Assembly: GCA_951406725.2 (NCBI GenBank) | Contig: OX597815.1 | Location: forward strand, 195,114,001-195,178,000 | Origin: Octopus vulgaris | Taxonomy: Eukaryota | Reading direction: 5' to 3' | Length of the DNA: 64,000 bases | Part shown: positions 25,131-37,876 of the stretch, in pieces | Position numbering within the stretch: the stretch's first letter is position 1 | Layout of the letters: every line of letters starts with the position of its first letter | Notes under the pieces: model-generated | What the model was told of the DNA's origin: nothing | Seen by the model: only the letters and a program-made list of their open reading frames with translations | The model's database searches: none | Program-made: the position numbers and the translations under genes

Positions 25131-27422
25131 CACCAAACAAGCAGGAGGAACCAAAAGTAATAAAAATTATTAATCTAACTCACAAGGAACTAACAGCAAA
25201 CCAAATAAACATACTTTCCAAAGGACTCAAGTTTACACCCACCCCACAACACCCCAACTACAATGAAATGAAAGAAGACATCGCAGAATTCTGCAGAAAA
25301 TTAAGACTTACTGAGGAGCTATACGATAAATACAACGAGGACGAATCGTTAGCCAGAAATAGGAGTAACTACACCCCCTCGAAAGGTAAGAATAAAACAC
25401 TTGATGATTTCTGTGACCACATATCAAATTACCCATATCAACATATGCACAAACAAAAACACAAACCAAACTTCAGCAAAAAAGAATGGGCTGAGTTGAA
25501 CAAATTAAAACTAGATAAAACAATAACAATCAAAGAGGCCGATAAAGGGAGTGCTGTTGTCTTAATGGATACGACATTTTACATAACTTTGGTACTTTCT
25601 ATGCTGGAAGACACAACATACTATGAAAAGGCACAAAACTACAGTCAACAAAAAATAATGAGGGAACTAAAATCCATATTAAACCCATACAAAGCAGGGC
25701 TCACCGACAAAGAATATGATTATATGACCAATTTCACAAGTAAAACTAGCCAATTCTACGGTATACCTAAGATCCACAAAAGTGAAAAAATAAGCAACGC
25801 ATGCAAGATAGCTACAGACAAAATAATTAAAGTCCCTAATCCTAATGACCTCAAATTGAGACCCATAATAGCAGGTCCTGCATGCGAAACCCACCGCCTC
25901 AGTAACTTTTTAGACACCCTGTTAAAACCACTCCTCAAACATGTCAAAAGCTATATAAGGGACGACTTAGATATGCTCAATCACCTACCGAATACTATAA
26001 ACAAAAACACCATACTGGTATCCTTCGATGTAGTCAACCTCTACTCCAATATCCCCCACAACCTAGGACTAGAGGCAATCCAATTTCTGGCTAGAGAATC
26101 ACGCCAACGAACTACCACACCGCATCAAAAAAGAATTTGTGATAGAAGGGGTTAAATTCATCCTGGAAAATAACTTCTTCGCCTTCAATGACAACTTCTA
26201 CCGACAAAAATCGGGGACTGCGATGGGTACACGAATGGCCCCCTCCTTTGCCAACCTAGTCATAGGATACCTAGAGATCAGTCTGTATCGTAAGGTTCTA
26301 GAAAGATATGGCAGCCCTTTCTCCATCTACATAGAAAACAACTGGAAGAGATATCTAGATGACTGTTTCATCCTTTGGCATAAAAATATAGAAAAACTCA
26401 TAGAATTCCAGAAAATTTTAAACGGACTGGACGTAAACATCCAATTCACGATGGAATATAGCCAACAACAACTCCCCTTCCTCGATATCCTCATTAAGAA
26501 AGCTAATAATATAATAGAAACAGACATATACTATAAGCCTACAGACTCTAAGCAATATCTTCCATTCAATTCATGCCACCCCAGACACACCAGGATGAAT
26601 ATCCCCTTCAATCTAGCAAAAAGGATATGCACTATAGTCTCTAACGCAAACACCAGAGACACACGACTACAAGAACTAAAAGATACCCTAATCACCAGGA
26701 ACTATCCACCTTCACTTATTGACAAGTGCATTCAACGTGCCCTTCAACTTAACATCAAGGAACTGAGACATCCCAAATCAAAGAAAAACTTACAACCAAA
26801 AGCCTTACCATACATCTCCACACACAACCCTCTCAATAACGAAGCCTTCGACACCATCCTCCACAACATACCCCTCCTAAAAAAAGACCACAGAATGAAC
26901 ACAATCCTCCAAACACACACGATCATAAAAAGCAAAAGACAGCCTAGATCCATGAAAAGTCTCCTTACACAAGCCCGAATTCACTCTTCAACACAGAAGC
27001 CGACAGTAAAAAAATGTGGAAGACCCAATTGCGGGATATGCGACTATCTAATCGAGGGTTCTGAGTTCTCCTTCAAACAGGGACAACGGTTTACAGTGAA
27101 AAGCAACTTCACATGTGCTTCGGAGAACCTAATATACTCACTAACCTGCTCCGGGTGTCAAGAGCAGTACATAGGCCAAACAAAAAATGGTTTGCGTAAA
27201 CGAATGGCCCTGCACAGATCCCAGATAAAAATTCCCCAAAACAGAAAAATAGCTTTTAGCCAACACATAGATACTTGCGCCAACAAAAAAACACCAAACT
27301 TCAGAATTTTCCCCCTCTACCAATTTAGGGACGATACAACCTCGAGACAACGAATAAGTAAAGAAAATCTCTTTATTACAAAATACAAGCCACTTCTTAA
27401 CGGGTCTACGACAAACAATTAA
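25091..27422 (+). CDS. PLE reverse transcriptase-GIY-YIG endonuclease (one apparent extra nt near 26084-26087)
   Basis: INLTHKEL...LSKGLKFTPTP, IKEADKG, FYGIPKIHK, LRPII, SFDVVNLY, GTAMGTRMAP, RYLDD, PFLD, YYKPT, CGRPNCGIC linker, NLIY..C..C...YIGQT; frame open from 25091. Confidence 0.9.
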
Positions 27423-28145
27423 TATACCTCAACTTTAGAATAAAAGAAAAAAATATATATACACACACAAATACTACACTCCATAGAATCCATTACTAAT
27501 CAGCCCCTTCATAGCTATATTTACACCCATTCATATTCTCCCTTCTCTGTTTTTTTCTTCTTCTTCTTCTTCCTCTTCTTCTTCATCATCATCATTATCA
27601 TCATCATCGGCGTCATCATCATCACCACCATCATCACCACCATCTTCTCCTTCTCCTCCTTCTTCTTCTTCTTCTTCTTCATCATCATCATTATCATCAT
27701 CATCGTCGTCATAATCATCACCACCATCACCATCATCGTCATCTTCTCCTTCTCCTTCTTCTTCTTCTTCTTCTTCTTCTTCTTCTTCTTCTTCTTCTCC
27801 ACCCCCTACCCCTTAAGTTTGTCACTAATGTTTTTTAGTATAACACCTACGCTAATTCTATAAACAAGCCTGTCAATATAAATATTCTCCTGAATTGAAC
27901 TGAGACTGCCAGCCGCCACTGACCATTCAAAATACGACCATCAGGGCACTCCCAGATTCTCCCACCCCCTTTCCTCACCAGCCTTCCCTCTACTACCCTA
28001 CCAAGAACTCACAACTACCTCGAACACACAAGTGCAAACAAGGGAGTCAGAGAAAGGCAGAATGCCACTTAAATCTGAACACTACTATAGAAATATTCTT
28101 TTAAAAAAACTTTTCTTCTAATTTTTCTAAATTTAATTATTTAAT

Positions 28146-28193
28146 CGTTACAGTTGAAAAGGTCTCAAAATGACCGAAACCGGTACTGAAATG
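28146..28193 (+). ncRNA. minimal type-I hammerhead ribozyme (U3-A8 variant) in 3' pLTR
   Basis: Identical to 23734-23781. Confidence 0.75.
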
Positions 28194-28274
28194 TTCACTA
28201 TAAAATTATTTTAGCATTTTCTATTTTTTACTTGTTTTTTCATATATATCACTCGTGTGTTCCTTTTCACCCTT

Positions 28275-28327
<53 letters not shown>

Positions 28328-29086
28328 TATATAGATATATAGATATATATATATATAGATATCTTCATGTGTTATGCACAGTGTTTATTCAAATATACAC
28401 ATTGACTTTCTATAAATTCTGACTGAACCATAATCAAACATAGTTTCAATAATTTACAATTTAATTTGCTATATTCCAAATATTTAAATCTAATGAATCA
28501 TTTTTCGTTTTATAAAGTGTATACCTCCATCAGATTTTTTTATACTCAACTATATCGTTCATCTTACTTTGAACCGAATCTATCAGTCACTGTGTCAAAA
28601 TTTCTAAATTATATTTGCAGTGAACAGCTTGACATGAAAGCCGAGCATCAACATTTTTATTCCTTCGAACACCATCGTATTTATTTCCAACTATTCAGGT
28701 TTATTTGCAGATGTGTTCTTTCGATGATAAATATTTGTCTTTCTTTGCCTCGTTACATATTTAGAAAGCTTATCAAATTTCAGGGAAAGTATGCTTAAGG
28801 AAATTAGTGTAGTACTTCTCGTAGGTCGAGAGAGAAAGAAATAGCATCAACATATATGTAAATATTTTCGTACGATTATTATTGAAGCACTTTCACAGAG
28901 TGTGACATACTTTCACAGAATGGATGTGTACTTTTATACTCAAAGTCACCATGGTCAAACTAAGTAAAATCTATGGATTAGATGGTCTGTCTACACATTT
29001 ATATAAACATATATATAAATGTTTTTTTATATATATACGAAATCATTCACTCTGATATATGTGTGTGAGCGAGAAAAACAGACATG

Positions 29087-29124
<38 letters not shown>

Positions 29125-29197
29125 GCAGGCTGAAAAGATAAACTGCAAATTTCAATAAATACCCGACTATGATCATGTTTTATATACGCATATTTAT

Positions 29198-29740
29198 CCC
29201 TATATCTATAAACGGCAAAAATCTCTGTGTATCTGTGTGTCTGTGTGTCAGTGTGTCCTTTATACAAATCCCCAGTTTTTCATGTAAAAGGCTCGCATTT
29301 TCTATGGGCTTTTGAAACTGTTTGAGGGTGGTCGGGAAGATCTTTTCTTTTCCCCAGTCACCCCAGAAAGTCATTAACAAAATCGATAAACCGACCCCTT
29401 ATGCCCATAAGTTATGGACATATTCATTCAAAATCGCTAAACAGAAATTTGTACGAGATGCGTGCGCACAGCTAGATACGCCAATAGACTGCTAGCTGTA
29501 TTTTTGATTGGACGGAGATAATTTTGCCCTTGACAGTTGAATGTGCGTGCGCATTTGCAAGCAGTCTGCATGACTCAGCGCGTTTTTGTTTTGCAAAGAC
29601 ACCTAGAATAAAAATAATGTAGAAAGTGCAAGCATTTGTTTTTTATTGTTTTATGAAACCTCAGAGATGTTAATATAAGTATTTATGGATTTCTATCGAT
29701 AATGTACGGCGTGGAAATATGAAGTTCGCACGCATATGGG
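29198..29740 (+). mobile_element. possible Helitron-like non-autonomous fragment
   Basis: 5' ctatatctataaa...tgtgtgtctgtgtgtc resembles Helitron 5' ends; no clear 3' CTAG end. Confidence 0.3.
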
Positions 29741-29769
29741 AATATTTTCAGGTATTCTTTTTTAATCTT

Positions 29770-30190
29770 TATTTTATCTTTTACTTGTTTTAGTCATTAG
29801 ACTGCAGCCATGCTGGGGCACTGCCTTGAAGGATTTTAGTCAAACGAATCGAAACCAGTACTTATTAACTTTTGTAAAGCTTCCGACTTATTGCATGAGG
29901 CTGTTTTGGTGAACCACTCGGTTATAGGGTCTAAACACACCAACAGCGGTTGTCAAGCAGTCATGGGTAGAAATGCAAACACGCATACAGAAACGCATAC
30001 AAATACACAGGCACGTGTGTGTGTGTAAGTATACAACGTGCTTTTTCAGCTTCCGTCCACCAAATCCACTCAAAAGTCTATGGTCAGCCCGAGGCTATAG
30101 TAAAAGACACTCGACAAAGGTGTCACGCAGTGGTATTGAACCTGGTACACATGGGGTCTGGAAATATTTTCTTGGGGCATAGCCACGCCT
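29770..30190 (-). mobile_element. SINE family C
   Basis: Collinear with 62100-62515. Confidence 0.8.
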
Positions 30191-30776
30191 ACACTTGTGT
30201 TATAATGTCTTTTGCACATTCAAACATTCATTGCAATTGTTCAGAAGGTTGGGCCTCGAGCCAGGATTTTCGCGACACCCATACACCCAGGAACTCTTCA
30301 GCACATCCGCCTATGTATGGTTGCCTGTATGTATGTATTTATGCATTACATATATAACTTATAATAGTAAATATACTCAATCAAAATTTCAATAATTTAA
30401 TACGTAATTTGCTATATTAGAATTATCTAAATCTAATGGATCATTATCAGTTTTATAAAGTGTATACACATTGCATTATTCCCTAAATAATTATGTCATT
30501 AAACTTACTTTGAAGCCATTAGCTATTCATCTAAAACGCTACATAATGCTTGCAGTCTATTACTTGCAACTACTAAGACATCGATGTGATTAATTCCTTC
30601 GGACGCCAATGTTGTTTCTTTGCAACTTTTCGGAAGTTTGGGCCCCAACTAGGCCTTTTGCGACACCTCAACAGCCTAGAACCTTACTGAACCCCCTTGT
30701 ATGTGTGTATGTATGTATGTATGTATGTATGTATGTATGTATGTATGTATGTATGTGTGTATGTATGCATGTATGT

Positions 30777-30955
30777 ATGCAAAGGTACATGAAGCCCAGT
30801 TACAACTACAGCCGGCTATTACCAGTAAAGGTTTTAGTTGCCAATTTTGTACAAGATATTGTAGATCTTTAGCTGGGCTAAAAAGTCGCATTCGATCACA
30901 GCACCAGTAACAGTTAAGCTTCGTGCAATAACGATAACGAGGGGGCAGCCATAAT
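30777..30955 (+). mobile_element. RTE-clade LINE extreme 3' end within (TATG)n
   Basis: [25 protein letters not shown] resembles the RTE C-terminal Zn motif; short 3'UTR; (ATGT)n on both sides. Confidence 0.65.
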
Positions 30956-31595
30956 GTATGTATGTATGTATGTATGTATGTATGTATGTATGTATGTATG
31001 TATGTTTGTATGTATGTATGTATATACGTATGTATTTATGTATGCATGTGTGTGTGTGTATATATATATATATACAACACGCACCCTTATTTTCCCCACT
31101 CTCGCCTCCCCACCTGCCAACACCTTCACATCATACTACTACACCTTATACCGCCATACCACACAGCACATCACATCACAACACTCCACCACGCACACGT
31201 CAAGATCACCTGGCCTCTTACACACGCACATAAAAATTCTGTTATACACACGCACGCGCACCTTCATTTTGGGATCATCACTACTTTATTTTCTCCCCTT
31301 GTCATGACCTTGCAGGTGGGGCCCAGTTAGAATCCTCTTCTGGTCGAGTAGCCCATCCTGCTCAAAAGGTCCCTGAATAAGGGTTGTTTAAGGATGTTGA
31401 ACGAAACACTCATGTTTCCAAGGGTTATTTATTCAAACCCCAAAGAATTCCTCTCAACACATGGCTATGATGCTTCCCCGATACTTCTGCTCTTTATCAG
31501 AGATACACATACTGGCAGCCACTAAGGGACATACTCAACTGGTTAAGGTCAAACAACTGACAAGCATATCTGTGGTATTGAGCAGAATATTTGCT

Positions 31596-31652
<57 letters not shown>

Positions 31653-31993
31653 GTTATCAATTATTATATTTATACTATATTATATCGACATATCTCGGTA
31701 GAACCCCATAAAACTGCTATTAGGCTGAACCATACATAATTAAATAGAAGATGTTATATGCATATTCAAAAGCATATCCCGTAAACGAACTGAAAGGATA
31801 TATATATATATATATATTTATAAATGCATATATATATATATATATATATATATAAATGCATATATATACATATATATATGTAAAAGAAAATATATATATA
31901 TATGTATATATATGTATATACATCATATATATACTACATATATGTATATGTGTGTGCTTGCGTGTGTATATATGTATATATACATACAGACAC

Positions 31994-32031
<38 letters not shown>

Positions 32032-32524
32032 GTATGTATATTTGCTAGTGTTTTTTTCTTTAGCCAATGCTACTGAACGGGCGACAAATGATATATCTGG
32101 AAAATATCAAGCACACAGATTTACTGCTTTTATATAGTTTAGCTACGTTTTCTTTTCCCCACAATACTACATTGATTCTGTAACATCCTCTGTCGTTTCC
32201 AAAATGATTATACAGTTATTCGACCAACGAAAAATCTACTCGTAATATTAACGTTCAAGTATTCTACTTATACACGCACATTTATGGTATTTCTCTGGGC
32301 GACACAATGTTACAATATATCAGTCACCTAGTTATATGTTTGAAATGTAGGTAGCATCTCTGAAAATGAATATGCAGAAGAAAAAGGAGAATGACACACT
32401 AGTAGAATGATTCTGTATTTATCAACGTCAATTTGCTGAGCAGCGAGTTGACTTCAACAAAGTATGGAAAGAAATATGGCACGGCTTTCAATCCGACGCT
32501 ATAACGCAAGTATAAAAAATATAA

Positions 32525-32748
32525 ATGCGCCCTTTTAAAGCCTAGCCAGGCTCATGGGCCCGGTTTCCCGGTTTAAATGGCGTATGTGTTCCCCAGCGTC
32601 ACTCATTTTTACCAGCTGAGTGGACTGAAGCAACGTGAAATGAAGTGTTTTGCTCAAGAACACAACGCGTCGCCCGGTCCAGGAATCGAAACCACAATCT
32701 TACTATCATGGTGCTTACACCCTAACCACTAATCTACGCGCCTCCACA
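32525..32748 (-). mobile_element. tRNA-derived SINE family B
   Basis: Reverse complement of ggaggcgcgtagattagtggttagggtg...gtttcgattcctggaccgggcgacgcgttgtgttcttgagcaa. Confidence 0.75.
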
Positions 32749-33584
32749 TAACGCAAGTAGCTCTACTACAAATACAGTTGTCTGAATTCTATTTGACTGA
32801 TTTCTTTTGTTTGGTTTGTTTTGCAGATTTTGTTAATACCAAAATAATTTCTAGCCTACTTTGCTGACAAATTAATAATAAAATAGCTTTTACAAGTGGA
32901 AAAGGAAACATTTTCGTTTTTATTCATATCATATAATGTATTTCTGCTTGCATAGCAAATAGAATAATCATGACTGGAATACTTTTGTAGTTTGTTTCTT
33001 ATGTAACAGTTGTCATCGATTCTAATATCAGAGAAATATTGAAGTGTGTATGATGTGTGCTTATGCACGTAACAGAAAATCCCACTGTCTTACCAAGGTC
33101 CATCCAATGCAAGCCTTGCGGCATTTTCTACTCACTTCACTGTGCTTAATATTTCAATAACATAACGATGTATTTACCAATTCACTTGCTGCTTTCTTTC
33201 CTGGAAATATTTGCACTGACGTCTGAATCATAAATTTCTATTGATTTGTTTTTCTTCGCGTTAGTTTTGTTTGATCTACGACTTCTCTGATAGAGCTGAC
33301 ATATATTCAAATTGCTTTAGACACGGACACGCAACCACTTTTCAGATAACGTATTCTGGCCTAAAGCATCGAATGAGCTCTTTTATTTTAAAGATGATAG
33401 TCTGTAATTTCAATTGTGCTTGGTTACAGTTTATAGCATCCATCAACTTCATCTATGGCTACAATATTCAAGTGAATATTCATATTTTATGATAACGGAT
33501 ATGGGAAAGCCGGACAGAATATCTATGTGGTTTTCCGTAACTTAACGGGGAGCGTCTGTGTGTCAATGCTTTCATGTGAAAAAC

Positions 33585-33830
33585 TAAGAACCGATCTTTT
33601 CGCTTTAACCGGCAGATTTTTTTAATAATTTCTTTGTAACTAAAGGCTTTTAAACTTCGTATACTGGTAGAATGTGTTTGTAAAACATCTTTTTCTCTTG
33701 GCTTTCTTGAGAGAATTCTGAAGTTTTTAAGCTATTAGTTGTTTAATTTCTTGCATTTCGGCAATTTCAACCAATCAATGACGACTATTGAGGTGAATAC
33801 AATTTCTCCGGATCTTTGTCAACAACAAAG
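33585..33830 (+). repeat. dispersed repeat (copy at 40615-40860), unclassified
   Basis: Shared aaacttcg.a.actggt.gaatgtgt and atttcgg.aatttcaaccaa.caatgacg. Confidence 0.6.
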
Positions 33831-33986
33831 ATCCCTAAGAACTAAACTGGAAAGTAGAGCAGATGGGTAACTAGATTTCTGATCACTATGCTTGCAAAAG
33901 ACAGAGTTCAGCCAGAATATACAATTATGATATTGAGACTGAGAAGGATATGAGGAAAGGCATTTAACGTCAATATTAAAACCCTC

Positions 33987-34230
33987 GTGAAGGAGCGTGA
34001 GCTAGTGGTTAGACTGTTGCACTCACTAGATCGTGGGTTCGATTCCCTGAGTGGGCGGTGCGTTGTGTTCTTGGCAAAACACTTAATTTTCCATTGCTCC
34101 AGTCCTCTTTTGATCAGTGTGGGTTGTTGGCCTGCTCGCTTAACTAGCGGGGTGGCGTTATTATTTGAAGGCTAAAACAATGCAAATGCACCTTGTAACT
34201 GATAGCCTGGTCGGTCACGTGATCACGTGA
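33987..34230 (+). mobile_element. tRNA-derived SINE family B
   Basis: A/B-box head; 3' part shared with 36080-36362. Confidence 0.75.
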
Positions 34231-34483
34231 TTAAAACCCCAGTGTGTGAATTGTCAGGAACGTTCGAATCTCAAAACGAATTGACTGCTGATATTTGATT
34301 AAATTGCTAATACCCAGGGTTCAAAACCCGATTATATAACCTAAGCTTTCCATCTCTTAGAAATTAATAAACTAGTGAACTACTGATGATATCGACAAAC
34401 AATTGCCCAAAATTTCAGGTTTTGTTCACCATACTACAAACAGTTTAATACAGTATGATCAGATAATTGGAGAGCTTTTCTTA

Positions 34484-34536
<53 letters not shown>

Positions 34537-34537
34537 A

Positions 34538-34842
34538 TCAGAATAAACTTCACTGAAAATTAGATATATACATTTAGATATATACATTTGCGAATCGAGA
34601 CAGATATTCTCGGCTGGCGGGCGTCTGGTACTCTAGACCGATGATGGACAATGATCCTGAAACATGCGTGTCTCTAGATGCAGGCCTGGCTGATGGGGGT
34701 GTTTGTCTCCCCTTCGTAAATGTATATAAGGTCACAGGAAAAATGTGTCGAAGCCATCAGGAAGCGTTGATGCTTCCTAGAGCTAAACAGCGGTGGTGTA
34801 AGCCCCTACTGTCACGTTCACGTTAGATTGACAGTACACAAC

Positions 34843-34846
<4 letters not shown>
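34538..34846 (+). mobile_element. retrozyme-like short element, diverged partial monomer
   Basis: Collinear with 35459-35756; flanked by (TA)n and (CT)n/(TA)n. Confidence 0.7.
34632..34678 (+). ncRNA. type-I hammerhead motif (U4C core)
   Basis: tctaga-CCGATGA-tgga caatga tcct-GAAA-catgcgtg-TC-tctaga. Confidence 0.6.
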
Positions 34847-34918
<72 letters not shown>

Positions 34919-35047
34919 CGGCAACGGGAAACTCAGAGTAACAGGTTTTGTTGAATTTTCTACTGCTTTAAATAAAGCATATTACTCTACCACTGGTATT
35001 TGAGTACTCTTTTTTCCACCTTGTTTCACATTTATGGGTTTACTCCG

Positions 35048-35096
<49 letters not shown>

Positions 35097-35100
<4 letters not shown>

Positions 35101-35758
35101 AAATATTGCATTTCTAAATCTCTCGTAGAGACATGTACGGTGGTGGGGCGATAGAATGGTTGTATACTGTCAGTCTAACAAGAACGTGACAGTAGGGAGT
35201 ACACCACCGCTGTATAGCCCTAGGAAGCATCGAACGCCTCCTGATGGCTTTGACACATTTTCCCTGTGTCCTTATATACATTTACGAATGTGTCAAAGCC
35301 ATCAGGAGGCGTTCGATGCTTCCTAGGGCTATACAGCGGTGGCGTACCCCCTACTGTCACGTTCTTGTTAGATTGACAGTATACAACCATTCTATCGCCC
35401 CACCACCGTACATGTCTCTACGAGAGATTTAGAAATGCAATATTTCTTATTTTGATAATCAGTGAATAGACTTCACTGAATATAGATATATACAATTGCG
35501 AAGTCGTGACAAATATCACCAGCTGACCGGTGTCTGCTACTCTAGGCCGATGAAGGACAACGATCCTGAAACACGTGTCCCTAGATGCAGCTTCGGCAGC
35601 CGGGGGTGTTTGTCTCCCCTTCGTAAATGTATATAAGGATACAGGGAAAAATGTGCCAAAGCCATCAGGAGGCGCTCGATGCTTCCTAGGGCTACACAGC
35701 GGTGGTGTACATCCTACTGTCACGTTCTTGTTAGATTGACAGTATACAACCATTCTAT
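35097..35758 (+). mobile_element. retrozyme-like element: inverted segment plus 1.3 copies of a ~363-bp unit, in (TA)n
   Basis: 35097-35288 inverted; 35287-35396 repeated at 35650-35758; no credible ORF; (TA)n on both sides. Confidence 0.75.
35541..35585 (+). ncRNA. type-I hammerhead motif (U4C core)
   Basis: tctagg-CCGATGA-agga caacga tcct-GAAA-cacgtg-TC-cctaga; all three stems pair and stem III is palindromic (ACACGTGT). Confidence 0.7.
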
Positions 35759-36079
35759 ATATATATATATTACCTTCTTGTATTTTTTTTTTGTTTCAGT
35801 CATCAGACTATGGCCAAGCAGTCGAATAAATTGACCCCAGTACATTTTTTCTCAGAATGGCAGTTACTTTATCGGACTATTTTGCCGAACCGCTAAGTTA
35901 CAGGGACGCAAGCAGACTGAGAGGCAATGGAGAAGAACGCAGCATTCGAAAATCAAATTAGTTTTTCTCTAGCATGTAAGTATTTCAAAGCCTCTGTGGG
36001 CTAAACACACATACCACATACATGACTTCAAACACTCGCATCTATATAGTGTATGTATACACACACACAGACACACACA

Positions 36080-36362
36080 GTTAGGGCAGCGGACACGCGG
36101 TCGTAGGATCGCGGTTTCGATTCCCAGACCGAGCGTTGTGTGTGTTTATTGAGCGAAAACACCTAAAAACTCCACGAGGCTCCGGCAGGGGGTGGTGATC
36201 CCTGCTGTACTCTTTCACCACTCTTTCTCTCAATCTTTCGTCTGTTGGCCTGCTCGCTTAGCCAGCGGGGTGTCGTCATTCGAAGGCTAAAACAATGCGA
36301 ACGCATTGTGACCAGCGATGTGTAGCAACATCTGATGGTCTGGTCGGTCACGTGATCACGTG
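36080..36362 (+). mobile_element. tRNA-derived SINE family B
   Basis: gcggtttcgattcccagacc B-box; ends ggtcacgtgatcacgtga as at 34230. Confidence 0.75.
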
Positions 36363-37616
36363 ATATATATATATACATATATATACGCATATAAATGCGT
36401 GTATACGCATATGCTCAATATAGTATTAGGCATAAGTTTCAGGTGAATTTACCGGTCGGTGTCGCATTGAATATAACCAACCCGGGATCCCGAATTAAAG
36501 AATTCACGTTACACTCTATTTCATATTACAACCACCGGAAGCCTGAGCCCAATTTCAAATAATTCCTGAAACTTTCATATACTAATCCCTATATAATTTT
36601 GCTAAAAATACAGATATGCTTTTAGCATTTAATACATGTAATATGAAAGATTGTACTGTCAATTTAAAATGTAGAAACAAAAACAATGTCTTTCTAAAAA
36701 AATCCCTAAGATTTTTATGATGCCTTTAAAAACAATTCAAGCAATAGAGAATCCGAAGATGCGCCTTTTTAAAATAAAAACATTGTATTTTTGTAGCTGT
36801 TTTTAATGAGAAATTGATTTCAATTATCGAATTGGCAACGTCAGTACTTGTAATTTTCCATAAATATGTTTGGGTTATATTTGAAGTGTGCAATTAAATA
36901 TTTCGGTTGCATTTGGAAGCGTTAGTTTGTTTTACAATCAGATAATTTAAAACTATCGTTGCAGTTTGAATTTATTAAAGATAAAATGCGATTACAAATA
37001 TATTTATACATTTCAAATGCCATCGAAATATGTATAACAGAAAACAAAATATATTAATACCTTAAATGAAAATGAAATATATTTATTATACGAAACAAAA
37101 ATATATCAACACACTTTAGATACCAACAAAATATATGTATATTCAAAGAGAAATATATTTATACACTTTAAATGCAAACGATTTGTATTTATAGATGTTA
37201 CAACATGCTTATAAATTTATTGGTAGTTATTTTGATTCATCTTTTATATCTTATTTTTTAATTGTTTTGGTAATGAAACTACGGCCATGCTTCAGCATTT
37301 GCTTGGAACGTTTTATTTGAACAAATTGCTCCAGGTACTGACGTTTTTTTAAAGCCTGCTTTTATTCTATCTTTTTATTTACCGAACCGCTAGGTTACGG
37401 GGCCGCAAGCACGCAAATTCATACACACACATACACACATATATATATATATATTAATACATACATACATATATATATATATATTAATACGTATATTGAT
37501 ATATATATATATATATACTTATTAATATATATATATATGTATATATGTATGTATTAATATATATATATATGTGTGTATGTGTGTGTGTGTGTATATGACC
37601 ATTCCGAAATATAACA

Positions 37617-37666
<50 letters not shown>

Positions 37667-37821
37667 GTGTGTTTGTGTGTGTGTGTTCGTGCATGTATGT
37701 ACACACACATATATATATATGTATATATACAATGATCTTCTGCCCTTAGCTTTAATGGAAGATACTTGCTCAAAGTCCCATCAGAGAACTGAACCTGGTG
37801 GTTCAGTTCTCTGATGGAAAT

Positions 37822-37876
37822 ATACTGAAGAGAGAAGTAAAATTCAAATGAACCTTAATCTCGAAACGCGTATATG
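37822..37876 (+). ncRNA. minimal hammerhead motif with canonical core
   Basis: ata-CTGAAGA-gaga [23 nt] tctc-GAAA-cgcg-TA-tat; palindromic ACGCGT stem III. Confidence 0.55.

Larger units (their letters stand above)
21841..28280 (+). mobile_element. Penelope-like retroelement (Neptune-type): inverted pLTR + truncated tandem copy + full unit, in (TA)n
   Basis: 21841-22167 is the reverse complement of 23511-23836; 22168-23870 is near-identical to 26590-28281; RT and GIY-YIG ORFs; (TA)n on both sides. Confidence 0.95.
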
